This document shows, in pieces, positions 28,130-41,964 of a DNA stretch of 64,000 nt. The notes under the pieces were generated by a model. That model was not told where the DNA came from. It saw nothing but the letters and a program-made list of their open reading frames with translations, and did not search any database. How positions within the stretch are numbered: position 1 is the first letter of the stretch; each line of letters begins with the position of its first letter. Made by a program: the position numbers and the translations under genes. The stretch spans positions 18,042,001-18,106,000 of the forward strand of contig OZ024745.1 in the NCBI GenBank assembly GCA_964016885.1, in the 5' to 3' direction. This DNA comes from Eledone cirrhosa (taxonomy: Eukaryota).

Positions 28130-28560
28130 TAGTAGTAATAATAAATTTGAAGACTAAAATCCAAAGAGGCCTCGATAAGGATAAATATATATCAGATATA
28201 TAAGAAGCTTAGAGCAAATATTTATTAAAATAACAGATTAAAGTTTAAGCAAAGAATCGCTGCTTTCACCCTTAACAGGATCTTCTGAAACTAAAAAAAT
28301 AAAATCTGTGAACGCAGAAGTAAATATTTCAAAAAACGTTGCAACCGAAGGAATACAGGATGACGATACTTTGGTTCGTGGAAACGTTCCCTGGCAAAGA
28401 ACGGAAAAAACCGAAGATATTACGTCATAATTTTGACCGGTGAAAACAATTACACGCAAAGACAAAACCACGTTTATGGTATAACTGAAGTCGTAGACTG
28501 AAATTCTATTTGGGAAACCGAATGATTCTCGGCTTCAGAGTTAAGGATAATGTAAATAAA
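28130..28560 (-). mobile_element. HHR-bearing pseudo-LTR-like repeat (CAGAAGA family); HHR at 28242-28292
   Basis: 28130-28292 matches 39783-39945 and 5975-6047; flanked by (TA)n. Confidence 0.7.
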
Positions 28561-28780
28561 TTACAGAGGTAATTGAAATCAACAAAAATATATACATGCA
28601 CGCATCCATATAGGTACATACATATGCATATGCAAAATACTCGCCTTGGGTATTCAAATACAAGCACGTACACAAAAACACGCACGCAAATACAGAACCC
28701 ACGCAACGCCTGTACCCGCACACATACGAAGGTATACACCAAAATATAAATAAAAATATATATTTTAAAAATATATATAA

Positions 28781-28814
<34 letters not shown>

Positions 28815-29148
28815 ATACATATAATTATATAAACGTATATAAATATACACACATAAATACATATATAAAGCGCGCGCACACATACCTACATGTAAATACA
28901 CATATGTTCTCTAAACGTACGTCAAACAAAACACAAAGTACACATATACACATACCCTACATACGTGCGAAACCGCATACTCACACAGACGCAAAACTTA
29001 CGTATACACATAACCATATGCACATGCACCAGTATATATATAATATAATATATACGCCTATAACATATACAAGCAAGTATACGTACATTAGTTGTACTAT
29101 TATGTTCCTCCTGTTGTATTATTGTATACCTACCTATATATATGACTA

Positions 29149-29213
<65 letters not shown>

Positions 29214-29249
29214 ATAAATGGAAAACTATATTTATAAAACCATATTTAT

Positions 29250-29309
29250 TTCATTATATATATTTCGGGGATATCATATTAACAATATGCTATGCCTTCA
29301 TCAGACAAA
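29250..29309 (-). ncRNA. Hammerhead motif in pseudo-LTR
   Basis: Reverse-complement copy of 31818-31877. Confidence 0.7.
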
Positions 29310-29684
29310 ATACAATATAAACAGTTTTATAGATAAATATATTCGACATACCGTAATAAACATCAACTTCATTTGAAGAGGTTCACTCTAGCAGTGAAAA
29401 TACAGAGAGAAAGAAAGAGAGAGAGAAAAGAGGGAAATAGGAAAGAAAGAAAGACAAAACGAAGAAAAGGAAGAAAAAGAAGAAAAAGAAAAAGAAGAAA
29501 TGCATGGGACAAAATAGAGAGATGGAAAAATAGATAAAGCGAAGAGCTTCATGTGAAGAGACAGCAAGAGATATATATATATAGAGAGAGAGAGAGGAAG
29601 TAGAGATAGATACATATATAAATATAGATATAGAAAAATTAGGTAGTGGGAGGTCAATTTTGAGTAAGTGTATCAATGATGCAT

Positions 29685-29719
<35 letters not shown>

Positions 29720-30696
29720 GCTCAAGTATTAATGTAAGGGAGATATATAGAGAGATATAAAGAGATATAGAGAGAGAAAAAATTTAAAAATAGCCAGACA
29801 TATTCGAGGCGTAGAGAACCCTATGTTTTAATGTATTAGTATTTATAAAACTTACACTATATTGTAAATATCAGTATTCCTGAATGGAACAAGTATTCAC
29901 AATGCGTGAAAATTCATTATCTTATGTTTAGTTTTTTAAAAAATTCATATGTCTATGTGAATCCAACTGATTCACTCCGCAAATTCAAAGTTACCGGCAA
30001 ACATTCTCAATGTGGTATAAAAATTTGAGCGTATTATTATTCTTGCGATTACTCTACAAGATTATCTATCAAGCAGAAATAGAGAGCAGATTTCAATATA
30101 CTAATCGAAAATATATATTATATTATAAGCAGAGATAACAATAATAATGATAATAAGTAAAAATATATAAAAATAGAAAAATATAGAATAGAAAACTAAA
30201 AGAGAATATTACGAAAGAATATTACATAATAAAAATATTGCATATTAAAAATACTACGTATTAAAAATATTACGTATTAAAACTTTACATATAAAAATAT
30301 TTAAAAAAAAAAAAAAAAAAAAAAATATTATAGAGTACTACAATACAAAAAGAATAAAAATAAAAATAAAAATAAAAATAAAAATAAAAATAAAAATAAA
30401 AATAAAAATAAAAATAAACCACAAAGAGCAACCCTTCAAAGTTAATTGACAATATATTGCCAAGTTCACTACAAGACAAAGCCAAAAATTATCTATCAAA
30501 TCACATCTAGCAAGGAATATCGCAAAAAAAGATTATGATGTCCAATAATGTCTACATATGCTCCTATATTTAATATATAAGTTTATCAAATGTAAGGTTA
30601 ATTCAAAAAATTTGGAGCATCGGCTTTTAGGGTAGCTTAATTTTTCATGAGGAATGTTTAGATAAAAATAAAAATAAAAATAAAAATAAAAATAAA

Positions 30697-30727
<31 letters not shown>

Positions 30728-30828
30728 TAAAATAAACAATAAAAAGAGTAAAAAGAGGGAATCAAAGATTTAGGAATCAAAAGATTTATCGGCTAGTTCT
30801 CATATAAATATATATCAAACTAAATATA

Positions 30829-31077
30829 CTACATTTTAAATTTAAATTTATATTTAAACGTTGAGTTTAATCTATGTTTGCAACAACTGAATAAATTTGT
30901 CCGTAGGTTAAGGGAATTTTTAGATTTTAGTATAAAGAATATCTCCTCTGCGCAGAGGTCACATGTCTCAGAGGATGAGTTAAAAGGAATCCCTCTTGAG
31001 ACTATATTCCAAGCCGTCGAATATCTAACGTTATCTAGCTTAAGTTGCCAGAGTACACCTGATAGTGCCGTAGAGTA
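30829..31077 (-). pseudogene. C-terminal part of Naiad-type GIY-YIG endonuclease (not in ORF track)
   Basis: YSTALSGVLWQLKLDNVRYSTAWNIVSRGIPFNSSSETCDLCAEEIFFILKSKNSLNLRTNLFSCCKHRLNSTFKYKFKFKM*. Confidence 0.85.
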
Positions 31078-31407
31078 ATCGCAAGAATAATAATACGCTC
31101 AAATTTTTATACCACATTGAGAATGTTTGCCGGTAACTTTGAATTTGCGGAGTGAATCAGTTGGATTCACATAGACATATGAATTTTTTAAAAAACTAAA
31201 CATAAGATAATGAATTTTCACGCATTGTGAATACTTGTTCCATTCAGGAATACTGATATTTACAATATAGTGTAAGTTTTATAAATACTAATACATTAAA
31301 ACATAGGGTTCTCTACGCCTCGAATATGTCTGGCTATTTTTAAATTTTTTCTCTCTCTATATCTCTCTATATCTCTCTATATATCTCCCTTACATTAATA
31401 CTTGAGC

Positions 31408-31442
<35 letters not shown>

Positions 31443-31817
31443 ATGCATCATTGATACACTTACTCAAAATTGACCTCCCACTACCTAATTTTTCTATATC
31501 TATATTTATATATGTATCTATCTCTACTTCCTCTCTCTCTATATATATATATATATCTCTTGCTGTCTCTTCACATGAAGCTCTTCGCTTTATCTATTTT
31601 TCCATCTCTCTATTTTGTCCCATGCATTTCTTCTTTTTCTTTTTCTTCTTTTTCTTCCTTTTCTTCGTTTTGTCTTTCTTTCTTTCCTATTTCCCTCTTT
31701 TCTCTCTCTCTTTCTTTCTCTCTGTATTTTCACTGCTAGAGTGAACCTCTTCAAATGAAGTTGATGTTTATTACGGTATGTCGAATATATTTATCTATAA
31801 AACTGTTTATATTGTAT

Positions 31818-31877
31818 TTTGTCTGATGAAGGCATAGCATATTGTTAATATGATATCCCCGAAATATATATAATGAA
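31818..31877 (+). ncRNA. Hammerhead motif in inverted pseudo-LTR
   Basis: tttgt-CTGATGA-agg..catatt gtt aatatg..ccc-GAAA-tatata-TA-atgaa; palindromic stem III, stem I with two G-U pairs. Confidence 0.7.
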
Positions 31878-32008
31878 ATAAATATGGTTTTATAAATATA
31901 GTTTTCCATTTATTTAATATTGTAAATATACTCCAAGTATTTGTCGAGTGCTTTTATATCAGTTATAAATATTTACTAGTTGTAACCCAACAATTTTAAA
32001 TATAACTT

Positions 32009-32077
<69 letters not shown>

Positions 32078-32292
32078 TATTTACGTATCGAGAGAGAGAA
32101 AAAAAAATGAAAGATAGGTGATACATATAGTTATTTGCCAAGTAGCGTATGCCAAAGGTGCTCGATACTAGTGCCGGCAGTATTAAATTTTCGAAGTGTT
32201 AATATTTAGTGGGCTAGAGAATTAGCAGAGCGTAAGCACGTGGGAAAGTAATAAATCGGAGAATAGACCGTTAAAACATGTTTATTTAAAAC

Positions 32293-32334
32293 TGCACCTA
32301 CGTACGTTTCGCCCAGTTGGGCTTCTCAAGGGCA
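32293..32334 (-). ncRNA. Minimal hammerhead, U3-A8 core variant
   Basis: tgccc-TTGAGAA-gccc aact gggc-GAAA-cgtacg-TA-ggtgca; stem III is the perfect palindrome ACGTACGT. Confidence 0.8.
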
Positions 32335-32527
32335 TAAATAATCAAATGTATTCCTTACATTGCTCGAAAAGAGTTTTGGGGGTTAATTCCACGTCAAGGC
32401 TCATTGCTCGCAAAAATAGCTTGTTTTGATTTTGCAGTAGGTCAAGGGAGGTAACACTGGCCGGTGTTAGAGCAGTCTTTCCCGGACAAATTTTTTATCC
32501 GCTACGAGATGAGGTTACAACCTTACC

Positions 32528-32565
<38 letters not shown>

Positions 32566-32747
32566 GCACTTACATATATACATATACATACATATACATA
32601 CATATACATACATATACATATATACATACATATATATACATATATATATATATATACATACATATATATACAAACATATATACAAACATATATATACATA
32701 TATACATATACATATATACATATATACATATACATATATATATATAC

Positions 32748-32827
<80 letters not shown>

Positions 32828-32908
32828 ATATACATACATATATTTGTGTGTGTGTGGACCGGTTGTACATGCTCAAACTATATTCTATTCAGCAATTCTA
32901 CAATTCCG

Positions 32909-33227
<319 letters not shown>

Positions 33228-33356
33228 CTTTTCGCTCGGATATTAACTTTTAGTTTTTCAAAGTTATTGTCCTTCCAGAGAAATACGATCTTATTTATTA
33301 TCCCTATATTTAGATCTACGGTGAAGTGTTTTAAATATATATATATATATATAAAT

Positions 33357-33396
<40 letters not shown>

Positions 33397-33582
33397 CGTA
33401 ACACCAAATGGTATTGCATACTTTTAAGATTTAAGCTTCAAAACTTGGAATATTAATACATTTTTAAGGAATTTAAAAACCGTATGTGCATATGTTTGGG
33501 CACACATATACATATTACACACACATATATATAGAAATATATCATATGTATACACTATATATATGTGTGTTTGTTTGTCTGT

Positions 33583-33619
<37 letters not shown>

Positions 33620-33704
33620 GGAGTTGGATGCTTAAAGCGTCCGTATGCGGTAGGCCGTATGAGCACTCGATACTCTCATAGGAAAATCTGCTTCATAGAA
33701 TCAA

Positions 33705-33800
33705 GACGTATCTGAGGACCTTGCGATTTTCAGAATCAGGTTCGATCATCACATCGATCGTGCCTCGAGCTGTTCGCCAGAGAAACGATTGTAATATGTC
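33705..33800 (+). ncRNA. Type-I hammerhead motif with long stem II
   Basis: gacgtat-CTGAGGA-(~63 nt)-GAAA-cgattg-TA-atatgtc; 7-bp stem I, near-palindromic stem III. Confidence 0.7.
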
Positions 33801-34387
33801 AAATAAATTCCATTCGTCGCAACACTGATTCTCTTTTTTTCTGTGATATGTATATATAGGGAGACACAAAGCAGTCCTAGTTTATAAACGACCAGCAATT
33901 TTGAAAATTAGGTAGTAACATGTGCTTACGCCATATTTAACAAAATAGAGTTTCTACTTTTGGCACAAGGCCAGCGATTACCCCAGTGCAACACTGGTAC
34001 TTTATTTTATCGACCTCGTAAGGACAAAATAGAATTTAGTCTGCTAGTTGGTATTTTAACGAAAAACCCTCTGAATGGAAAAACATGATGAGTATTAACT
34101 GACGTACATCGGACACGAACCCTCTTCATTGTTTTGCCCCACTAATGTGTTACCATAACATCAACACGCTACCCTTGCTTCCTTCTACGTCAATACTCAT
34201 CTTTTTTTTCAATTCATAGGGTTTTTTTCTTTTTAAATCCGAACTAAATGACTAATTCTATTTAGTCAAATACGGCGTAATCACATGTTACTACCTAATT
34301 TTCAATATATACATAGCAGCGATAATGAAGGACAGAGATCACTGGAGAGAACTCGTCATGGAACTCGGGAATCATACCGCCCTTGAC

Positions 34388-34473
<86 letters not shown>

Positions 34474-34693
34474 CGTTTCTGAATTTGTTTAGCAAGATTC
34501 TTTATCTGAAATCGTGTGTTGAAACCGATATTGTTATACTTTGGGAGGCTCATGTTGCCAATAAGAAACACACGCACTAGTTGCTTTCACTTCAATTTAT
34601 TATATATTTATAAATTTATAAATTTACAAATCTACAAACTTATAAATTTCTGGTTGATTGGTTGGTTCCACAACCAGATAGTTGTTTATATAT

Positions 34694-34738
34694 AGTCATA
34701 GTCCTTTCGTCACACACTCTGTGACCTCTTCAGTGACT
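34694..34738 (-). ncRNA. Minimal hammerhead motif (stem III imperfect)
   Basis: agtca-CTGAAGA-ggtcaca gagtg tgtgac-GAAA-ggac-TA-tgact. Confidence 0.65.
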
Positions 34739-34828
34739 GGGGATTCCTTTCTTTGTTTCTGTGCCTTTCCTTTCTTCTGTCCTACGCCATTTTTTTCACA
34801 CACAGAAAAAAAATATATATATATAAAA

Positions 34829-35042
34829 CCTGCGGCTCAGTAGTTACCGAGGATGTTGATCTTTTCTTCTTTTCGGGTTATAGCTACTGTCGCTCAGAGA
34901 GTGGGATTGGCTCAGTGCACAGTCTTTCCTCACTTTAAAAATATCTTCACGCGCAGGTATTGCAAGATATGATTAATTAATAATTATTAATAATGGTATA
35001 TCGTACAATGGCCATACTCGATAACGAGGGGGCAGCCATCAT
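34829..35042 (+). mobile_element. Fragment of RTE-related non-autonomous repeat
   Basis: Similar to 54340-54470; ends in the tail tggccatactcgataacgagggggcagccatcat + (TA)n. Confidence 0.65.
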
Positions 35043-35249
35043 GTATATATATATATATATATATAATATAAGATCAAGATTATATATAATATAAGATTAT
35101 TTTTCTCAAATCCTTCTACACACAAACCTTAATAATTTTTCTCTTCGTTAATTTTGAAATTGCTACAATACTTATCAACATACCCTTTTTTGACGTTAGA
35201 ATATTCATCCACAATTATTATTTTTTCTCTCTATCTTCATACATAAATT

Positions 35250-35660
35250 CCCTTCGTTAATTTTCAAATTCCTTTAATTTATACATTATCTTCCAACGGT
35301 TCTCAACCTCTCTATCTAAACAATATATCTTTTTCTCAGTTATAAAAACTATCTCTTTCTCTATATCACCCATCTCTCCCTCTCCACCTTCACTCTCATC
35401 TCCTCCCTCTTTTTTCATCCTCCCCCCCCCTCCCTAAATAAAATACTTTTTCCTCGCACATATCCTCCCTTCGTTAATTTTCAAATTTTTTTTAATTTAT
35501 ACATTATCTTCCAACGGTTTTCAACCTCTCTATGTAAAACAATATATCTCCTCTCAGTTATAAAAACTATCTCTTTCTCTCTATCACCCATCTCTCCCTC
35601 TCATCTCCTCCCCTTTTTCATCCTTTCCACCACCCCCTCTCTAAATAAAATATTTTTCCC
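35250..35660. repeat. ~218-bp tandem duplication upstream of an HHR
   Basis: cccttcgttaattttcaaatt... at ~35250 and ~35468; partial third copy at ~35140. Confidence 0.85.
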
Positions 35661-35754
35661 AATATCACACATCAATCTAAAACCACTTTTCATATGTTGA
35701 TTTAAAACTGCACTATCCACAAGTGTTTTTTAGCCTTCATATCATGTTCTCCTG

Positions 35755-35821
35755 TTTTATCTGATGAAAACACAAATATTATTGCATGATGATGTTTGTT
35801 TTTGAAATGCGCATAATAAAA
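35755..35821 (+). ncRNA. Type-I hammerhead ribozyme
   Basis: ttttat-CTGATGA-aaacacaaatatta..tgatgtttgttttt-GAAA-tgcgca-TA-ataaaa; palindromic stem III ATGCGCAT. Confidence 0.85.
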
Positions 35822-35949
35822 TACATGGAACTCCTTTAACCATCTTTTGATCTTATATTATGTATACTCCAATCCTACAAACTGTAGAGTGCTTCTTATC
35901 CGATATCTGCATTGCTTTATCGTACTACAATAAAACTCACCTCCTACAT

Positions 35950-36026
<77 letters not shown>

Positions 36027-37294
36027 GAGAGAGAGACAGAGAGAGAGAGGGGGAGAAAGAGATGTCCGCAGGCATGTAATGTGTGTGTGCATGTAAAGTA
36101 TGTGTATGGGTGTGCTTGTGTGGGTGCGCGTTTGTTTGTGTGCGTGTTTCTATGGGTGTTTAAGTATGATTTTGTTCATAAGAAATGACGTATCATGTCA
36201 TAAAAATTGTGTTGTCAGGAAATAAAGAATATGATTATCAAAAGATGAAATAAATTTTACACGGAAATACATTGTAATATTCTTTTAAAAAAATGAAATT
36301 ATATTTGACATAACTGTAAAATAGAAATAATTAAATATAGTGAATAGCACACAACACACCTCACGTTGTAGTCATATAGATGGTGAATATTTTTGAGTCT
36401 CGTATCTTATTGGTTTTGCTCTTTCGTATTGTCATGTGGTATCTTTGATATAATCATTACAATACAGAAACGATAGCTGCATATTGTTACACTCTACACT
36501 CATTTCTCAATTCAAATCTTATATATATTCATGCTCTATAAACAAAAACACACACAAACACACACAAACACACACACATAGAGATATATATTATATTTTA
36601 TTATATATTATAGGATGTTATACAGCAAGACTATATTTAAAATGGATTCCCAAGCGAGACTAACCAAGCTCATGGATGTTATCCAAACATCTTATTTGGG
36701 GTCTATCCCTGGGCCTCCTGCCGGTTGGTTTTGCCCGAGTAAGTTTGTGGATATTATCCACGAGAAATACTTATAAATTAAAAATTAAGAAGACTCTATT
36801 AGAAAAGTAAAGCATTTGGTGTATTGAAAGATAGATTTACATTAAGACAAGAGGACCAACGGGAGAATAATCAGAGATATATTATACCAGAGGGAGTATA
36901 ATAAAGACACGTGACTTTTGTGTGATTGTCGAATATAAATTTGAAATGTTTACACGTTTTCAATAGTATATGATAAATGTAATATAACACACGTGTTTGT
37001 CGATTTCCATTATATGATCTTCCGGTTGTGATTATATATCATTACGTCGAGGCTTGATATAAGTGCTACTTTTAGTGAAGTCACACAGTTTGATTAGAAT
37101 TCGTGTCGTTTTCGAACATTTATTCCTTAGCCCATAGGCTTGAGAAACATAGGAATGGGATTTTAAGGGTTGTTTAGTCTACGTTGGAAATGGATCGAGG
37201 GCATGCGTATGAACTTTACAATTTAATTAGATTTTTGTAAGGGTTTATTTTATACCATTTGTAAAGATCACGAGGACAACAATAAAGTTTCAAG

Positions 37295-37645
37295 GGTGTG
37301 TGGGGGGTATCAGGGGTATATGTGTGTATGTGGGTGTGTGTGGGGGTGTGAGGGTTATGTGTGAGTATGTCAGTGTGTGGGTGGGTGTGTGGGTGTGAGG
37401 GTTATGTGTGAGTATGTCAGTGTGTGGGTGGGTGTGGGGGTATATGTATGTGGGTGTGTGGCTGGGTGTGAGAATATATGTGTGTGTATGTATGGGTGGG
37501 TGTGAGACGTATGCGCGTGTATGTGGGTGTGTGGGTGATGTGAGCGGTATGTGTGTATATGTGGGTGTGTGGGTGGGTGTGAGGGGTACGTGTGTATGTA
37601 TGTGGGTGTATGGGTGGATGTGAGGGGTGTGTGTGTGGGTGCATG
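37295..37645. repeat. Degenerate GT/G-rich simple repeat
   Basis: gggtgtgtg-type units. Confidence 0.85.
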
Positions 37646-37650
37646 GAAAG

Positions 37651-37826
37651 TACGAGCGCTCACATGACGTTGTACGAGCGCTCACATGACGTTGTACGAG
37701 CGCTCATATGACGTTGTACGAGCGCTCATATGACGTTGTATGAGCGCTCATATGACGTTGTACGAGCGCTCATATGACGTTGTACGAGCGCTCATATGAC
37801 GTTGTACGAGCGCTCATATGACGTTG
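37651..37826. repeat. 22-bp minisatellite, 8 copies
   Basis: (TACGAGCGCTCAYATGACGTTG)8; near-perfect. Confidence 0.95.
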
Positions 37827-38917
37827 CGTGGAAGCTGAAATTCGAATTAGAAGATTTGGCAGCACATTTGACTTAAAACGTTATCTCTCTTTCTCTATAA
37901 GATAAATCAACAGATTGTGAACTATCGACTGAATGTAATCATAACTGATATACCGTTATATTTATTAAGGCGTTGACAACTCAGAATTGGTTGTAAGATC
38001 AGTTTACGTCTTTGGTGTTTATTCGTTGTGGATAGGTAGGAATGTTGTTTACTCGAGTCGGTTACAGGGGTGGGTGTAACAATTACGAAGCTGACCTAGA
38101 CACTTACTTTTTACAGATTAACAATAAATGAAATATGAAATAATTAAAATGTAATAAAATAATGAAGGAGCAAAGGGAGGAAAGTAAGTAGTAAAGTATA
38201 GATTTATAAAAGGAAGAAAGAAAGAAAAAGAACTAAAGAAAAAAGACAGGGCTAACGATATTATTGCTTGAAAATACTGGTAAATTCATCAAGTTATGTG
38301 AATACATGTATGTATGTATATGTGAAGGAATACACACACACATATATATATATGTTGTGAATTGAACCCTCATTGTCATGATAAGCAGATCAAACATAGA
38401 GTCAAACTGCGTGTTTCCAAATTATTGCATGACTTCTGGTGCATGACTCATCTATAGAAATGAGTTGTGATCCTGCCAAATCAATGGGTGGCAGTAGTTC
38501 CGGCTGCACGCATCGAAAGACTGGTGTAGTGGTTCTGAGAACAATGCTGCTTTGCAGATGATCAATGAAAATTGACAATGGAAAGGCGCTCCCGCTCGAG
38601 TTAGAAAAGAACTATTGACCTTCAGGAGAAGCAGCGACCCCTGATTGTATTCAGCAACCGAAACAAATATGAAGTACACCAAATCCAATGCTCCTAGGGG
38701 CGGCCCTGGTTCTTCTTATTTGCGAGTGTAAACTCGGCCAGATTAGATTAGATTAGAGTGTGAGACTCTGTGTTAGTGAGAGAGTAAATATATATTATAT
38801 ATAAAATATATCTTATACTATCGAATACATATAAATATGTAAACCACCAGCTGCACACACACACACACATTTATATATATATATATATTTATATATATAT
38901 AAAGAATATATTTAATG

Positions 38918-39103
38918 GTTTCTAATTTAGACACAATGCCAACATTTTTTTGTGGGGAGAGAAATCTCAGTTATATCGATCCCAGTGCATTTATTGTTCT
39001 TTATAATATCCACGCTTTGAGGATGAAAGGCAATGTTAATCTCCGCGGTATTTGAACTCAGAATGTAAAAGATCGTAACTCTATGTTGAGTGACGCTCTA
39101 CCA
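38918..39103 (-). mobile_element. Degenerate tRNA-derived SINE
   Basis: ggatgaaaggcaatgttaatctccgcggtatttgaactcagaatg matches the reverse complement of the 62844 family. Confidence 0.7.
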
Positions 39104-39705
39104 ATAAAGAATATATAACATAGCATACAATGTAATTACAAATGCATGAATGAATCAATCCATTATTGATTGAGTTCGTGGATGAAGGAGGAATAATGCG
39201 GCTTGTAATATATTAATACATATGTGTAAATACCAGTTCAACTTAGAAGGTTGATAGCCTGTCTCTCATTACTTACGTTTTACAATAAATTAAAGACGAT
39301 ATTGTTAAAATATAAATCTTAAATATAAAACTTAAATGTTCGTTTCAGGTAAAATAACCCTCAAGCTAATAGTCAGTATTAATTTCAAATATATTTACTA
39401 TAGAAAGTAAATGGAGACGATATTGTGGCGACATATAATAGCATGATATCTGAATGGGTTAGCGAATTAGTAAAGTGACTAATGTAAGCATTGTTAGATT
39501 ACAATTCCCCAAAAAGATATCACCACTTAAAACATATGGCTAGCAGGCAGTAATGTATATATTTAACCACCAATGTGTGCACGCATGCGCATGGCCTGAT
39601 ATATACGCATAGGATATTAGTTTATTTCGAACATGACTGAATATAGAAACACGTAAGTAGATTTATATCTGTGTTTTACACGCTTATATATATATATATA
39701 TATAT

Positions 39706-39787
<82 letters not shown>

Positions 39788-39871
39788 TTAATAATAAATT
39801 TGAAGACTAAAATCCAAAGAGGGCTCGATAAGGATAAATATATATCAAATATATAAGAACCGTAGAGCAAA

Positions 39872-40044
39872 TATTTATTAAAATAACAGATTAAAGTTTA
39901 AGCAAAGAATCGCTGCTTTCACCCTTAACGGGATCTTCTGAAACTAACAAAGCGTTTACAGATTGACTTTGTTAGTTTCAGAAGATCCCGTTAAGGGTGA
40001 AAGCAGCGATTCTTTGCTTAAACTTTAATCTGTTATTTTAATAA

Positions 40045-40047
<3 letters not shown>
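39872..40047. repeat. Perfect ~80-bp fold-back of CAGAAGA-family element with mirror-image HHR motifs (39895-39945 minus, 39974-40024 plus)
   Basis: Arms are exact reverse complements around a ~15-nt spacer; flanked by (TA)n. Confidence 0.9.
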
Positions 40048-40105
<58 letters not shown>

Positions 40106-40393
40106 GAGAGAGGGATAGGTTGGATGTGTTGTTTCCTTGAGCAAGACACGTTATTTCACATTGCTCCAGTTTATTCAACTGTAGAAATGAGATGAAGAGG
40201 TACCGGCCTGCCCGCCCAGCCAGTGGGATGATGTTATCTTATGGCTAAAACAGCATGTCGTGCTGTGACCAGCGGCGCCGAATGGACGCCCGATAGACTG
40301 GTCAGTCAAGGTGATCAAGGTGATATATATGTATATATATATAAAATAAAGTAAAATAAAAAGTCGAATGTTTAAAATTTAGCTTCGTTTAAT

Positions 40394-40450
40394 ACTGCTA
40401 TATATATATTTCGGTGACAGCCATCTTTGGCTGTGACCTCTTCAGGCAGT
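40394..40450 (-). ncRNA. Type-I hammerhead ribozyme
   Basis: actgc-CTGAAGA-ggtcacagcca aaga tggctgtcacc-GAAA-tatatata-TA-gcagt; stem III is a (UA)n palindrome. Confidence 0.85.
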
Positions 40451-40507
40451 CCGAATTAGTGTGGTTGGGTTGTTATTTCACTGAGGAACTAGAATCATAT
40501 ACTCAAA

Positions 40508-40591
<84 letters not shown>

Positions 40592-41964
40592 AGTGAAAGG
40601 CTGGTGAGTGTATATAATCTATTGTTGGAGGAGTCGCATATAAATGGTGGTCGAAGCAGGAGTAGTTCGTTAAATCAATGAATGAGACAACATAGGAATG
40701 ACAAAAGGGAAAGTTTGAATGGAATGACGTTAAACTGTGATATATGTGTATGTATTTCCAGGATTGAATATCGCTCTGATCACACTCATTCCTATATTTC
40801 CCATTGTTAAATGTACACATTGCGTCTATTGAATGGAATAGTAAATGTGAATAGCCGATATTTTCTCGCACACCTGACCCATATACATCCTAAAAAGCCT
40901 GCAGTCTTAAATATCACTGACTTTTAACAATACTTCTTGAAGTTTCCAGTTTTAGAACCGAAAATGAAATGTGTACTGCAATGTAAAATATATTATTGAA
41001 AGTAAGTAGTTGCGAAAATATCAGATAATGCCATAAGATTGGGTGCCCTACATTTGGCATTTCAAGAAATTTGGTTCAGTTAATGAAAGAGAAGAAAATC
41101 GAAAAAACTTTAAAATACAACCAAATTAATCATGATCTACAGGTTTGGTATTTGATTTTCTTTCCCTACAGGAATGATTATATTTTACATTTTTGTATTT
41201 TTAATTATTTTGATTTTTGTCTGTTAGTTTAGGTGGTTAAAATCAGTACATAAAATAAAAATATACAGATCAAAATATTAGAGTAAACACATATTTCTTA
41301 ACTTATATTTTTCTCTACATTTGATTTCAAATGATTCAAGATATCCCGTGGTGAACATAAAAAGACGACATGTCGAAAGTGAGTAGAAAATTGGTAAATG
41401 CAACAGTCATTGTTGAATCGGATGAATAGATATTTTTCCATCTTACAATCATTGTGATAGTAACTAAAATGTGTTTTAATGCCAAGATATAGAACGTATG
41501 AAATCTCTTCCTTATGTGTCGCACAGAATATAATACCTTCATATATGTAGGCAATATTTTAAAGCAAACGTAATAGGGAAAATATGCTAAGACTTTAATA
41601 CGTTTGAGTAAAGAACGTCAAAAAAGGTTGCATAAGTATAATATTGTATACAAATCTAAGCCAGTCTTCATGTTATGTGATATAATTACATTATACCCCA
41701 CACACAGGTACATATTCAGTAAGGTGTGTATGTGGCTGTAAAGAGATAAGGATGGACAGTGAATAATGACTGATGATAGGAGGTTGAATGTTGCATGCAG
41801 TTTTAACCGATGTTACATTGATATATTCAATTGACCTTTAGGTGGTATAACGTTTTATTCCTGTGTCGGTCCGTCTATTCTCGACATCAAATAAAGGTTA
41901 CCTATATTATTATGTGTGTGCGTTTATTTTACTGAAGCTTATTGAATAAGATTTTTTTTTATGA

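Larger units (their letters stand above)
29206..31921 (-). mobile_element. 5'-truncated Naiad-type Penelope-like element with ~850-bp inverted pseudo-LTRs
   Basis: 29206-30057 is a near-perfect reverse complement of 31070-31921. The spacer holds the GIY-YIG C-terminus on the minus strand and (TAAAAA)n tracts. Each arm has an HHR. Confidence 0.9.

Noticed and set aside
37651-37826. CRISPR-like array
   Set aside because: Repeats are contiguous with no spacers, there are no cas genes, and the context is eukaryotic.
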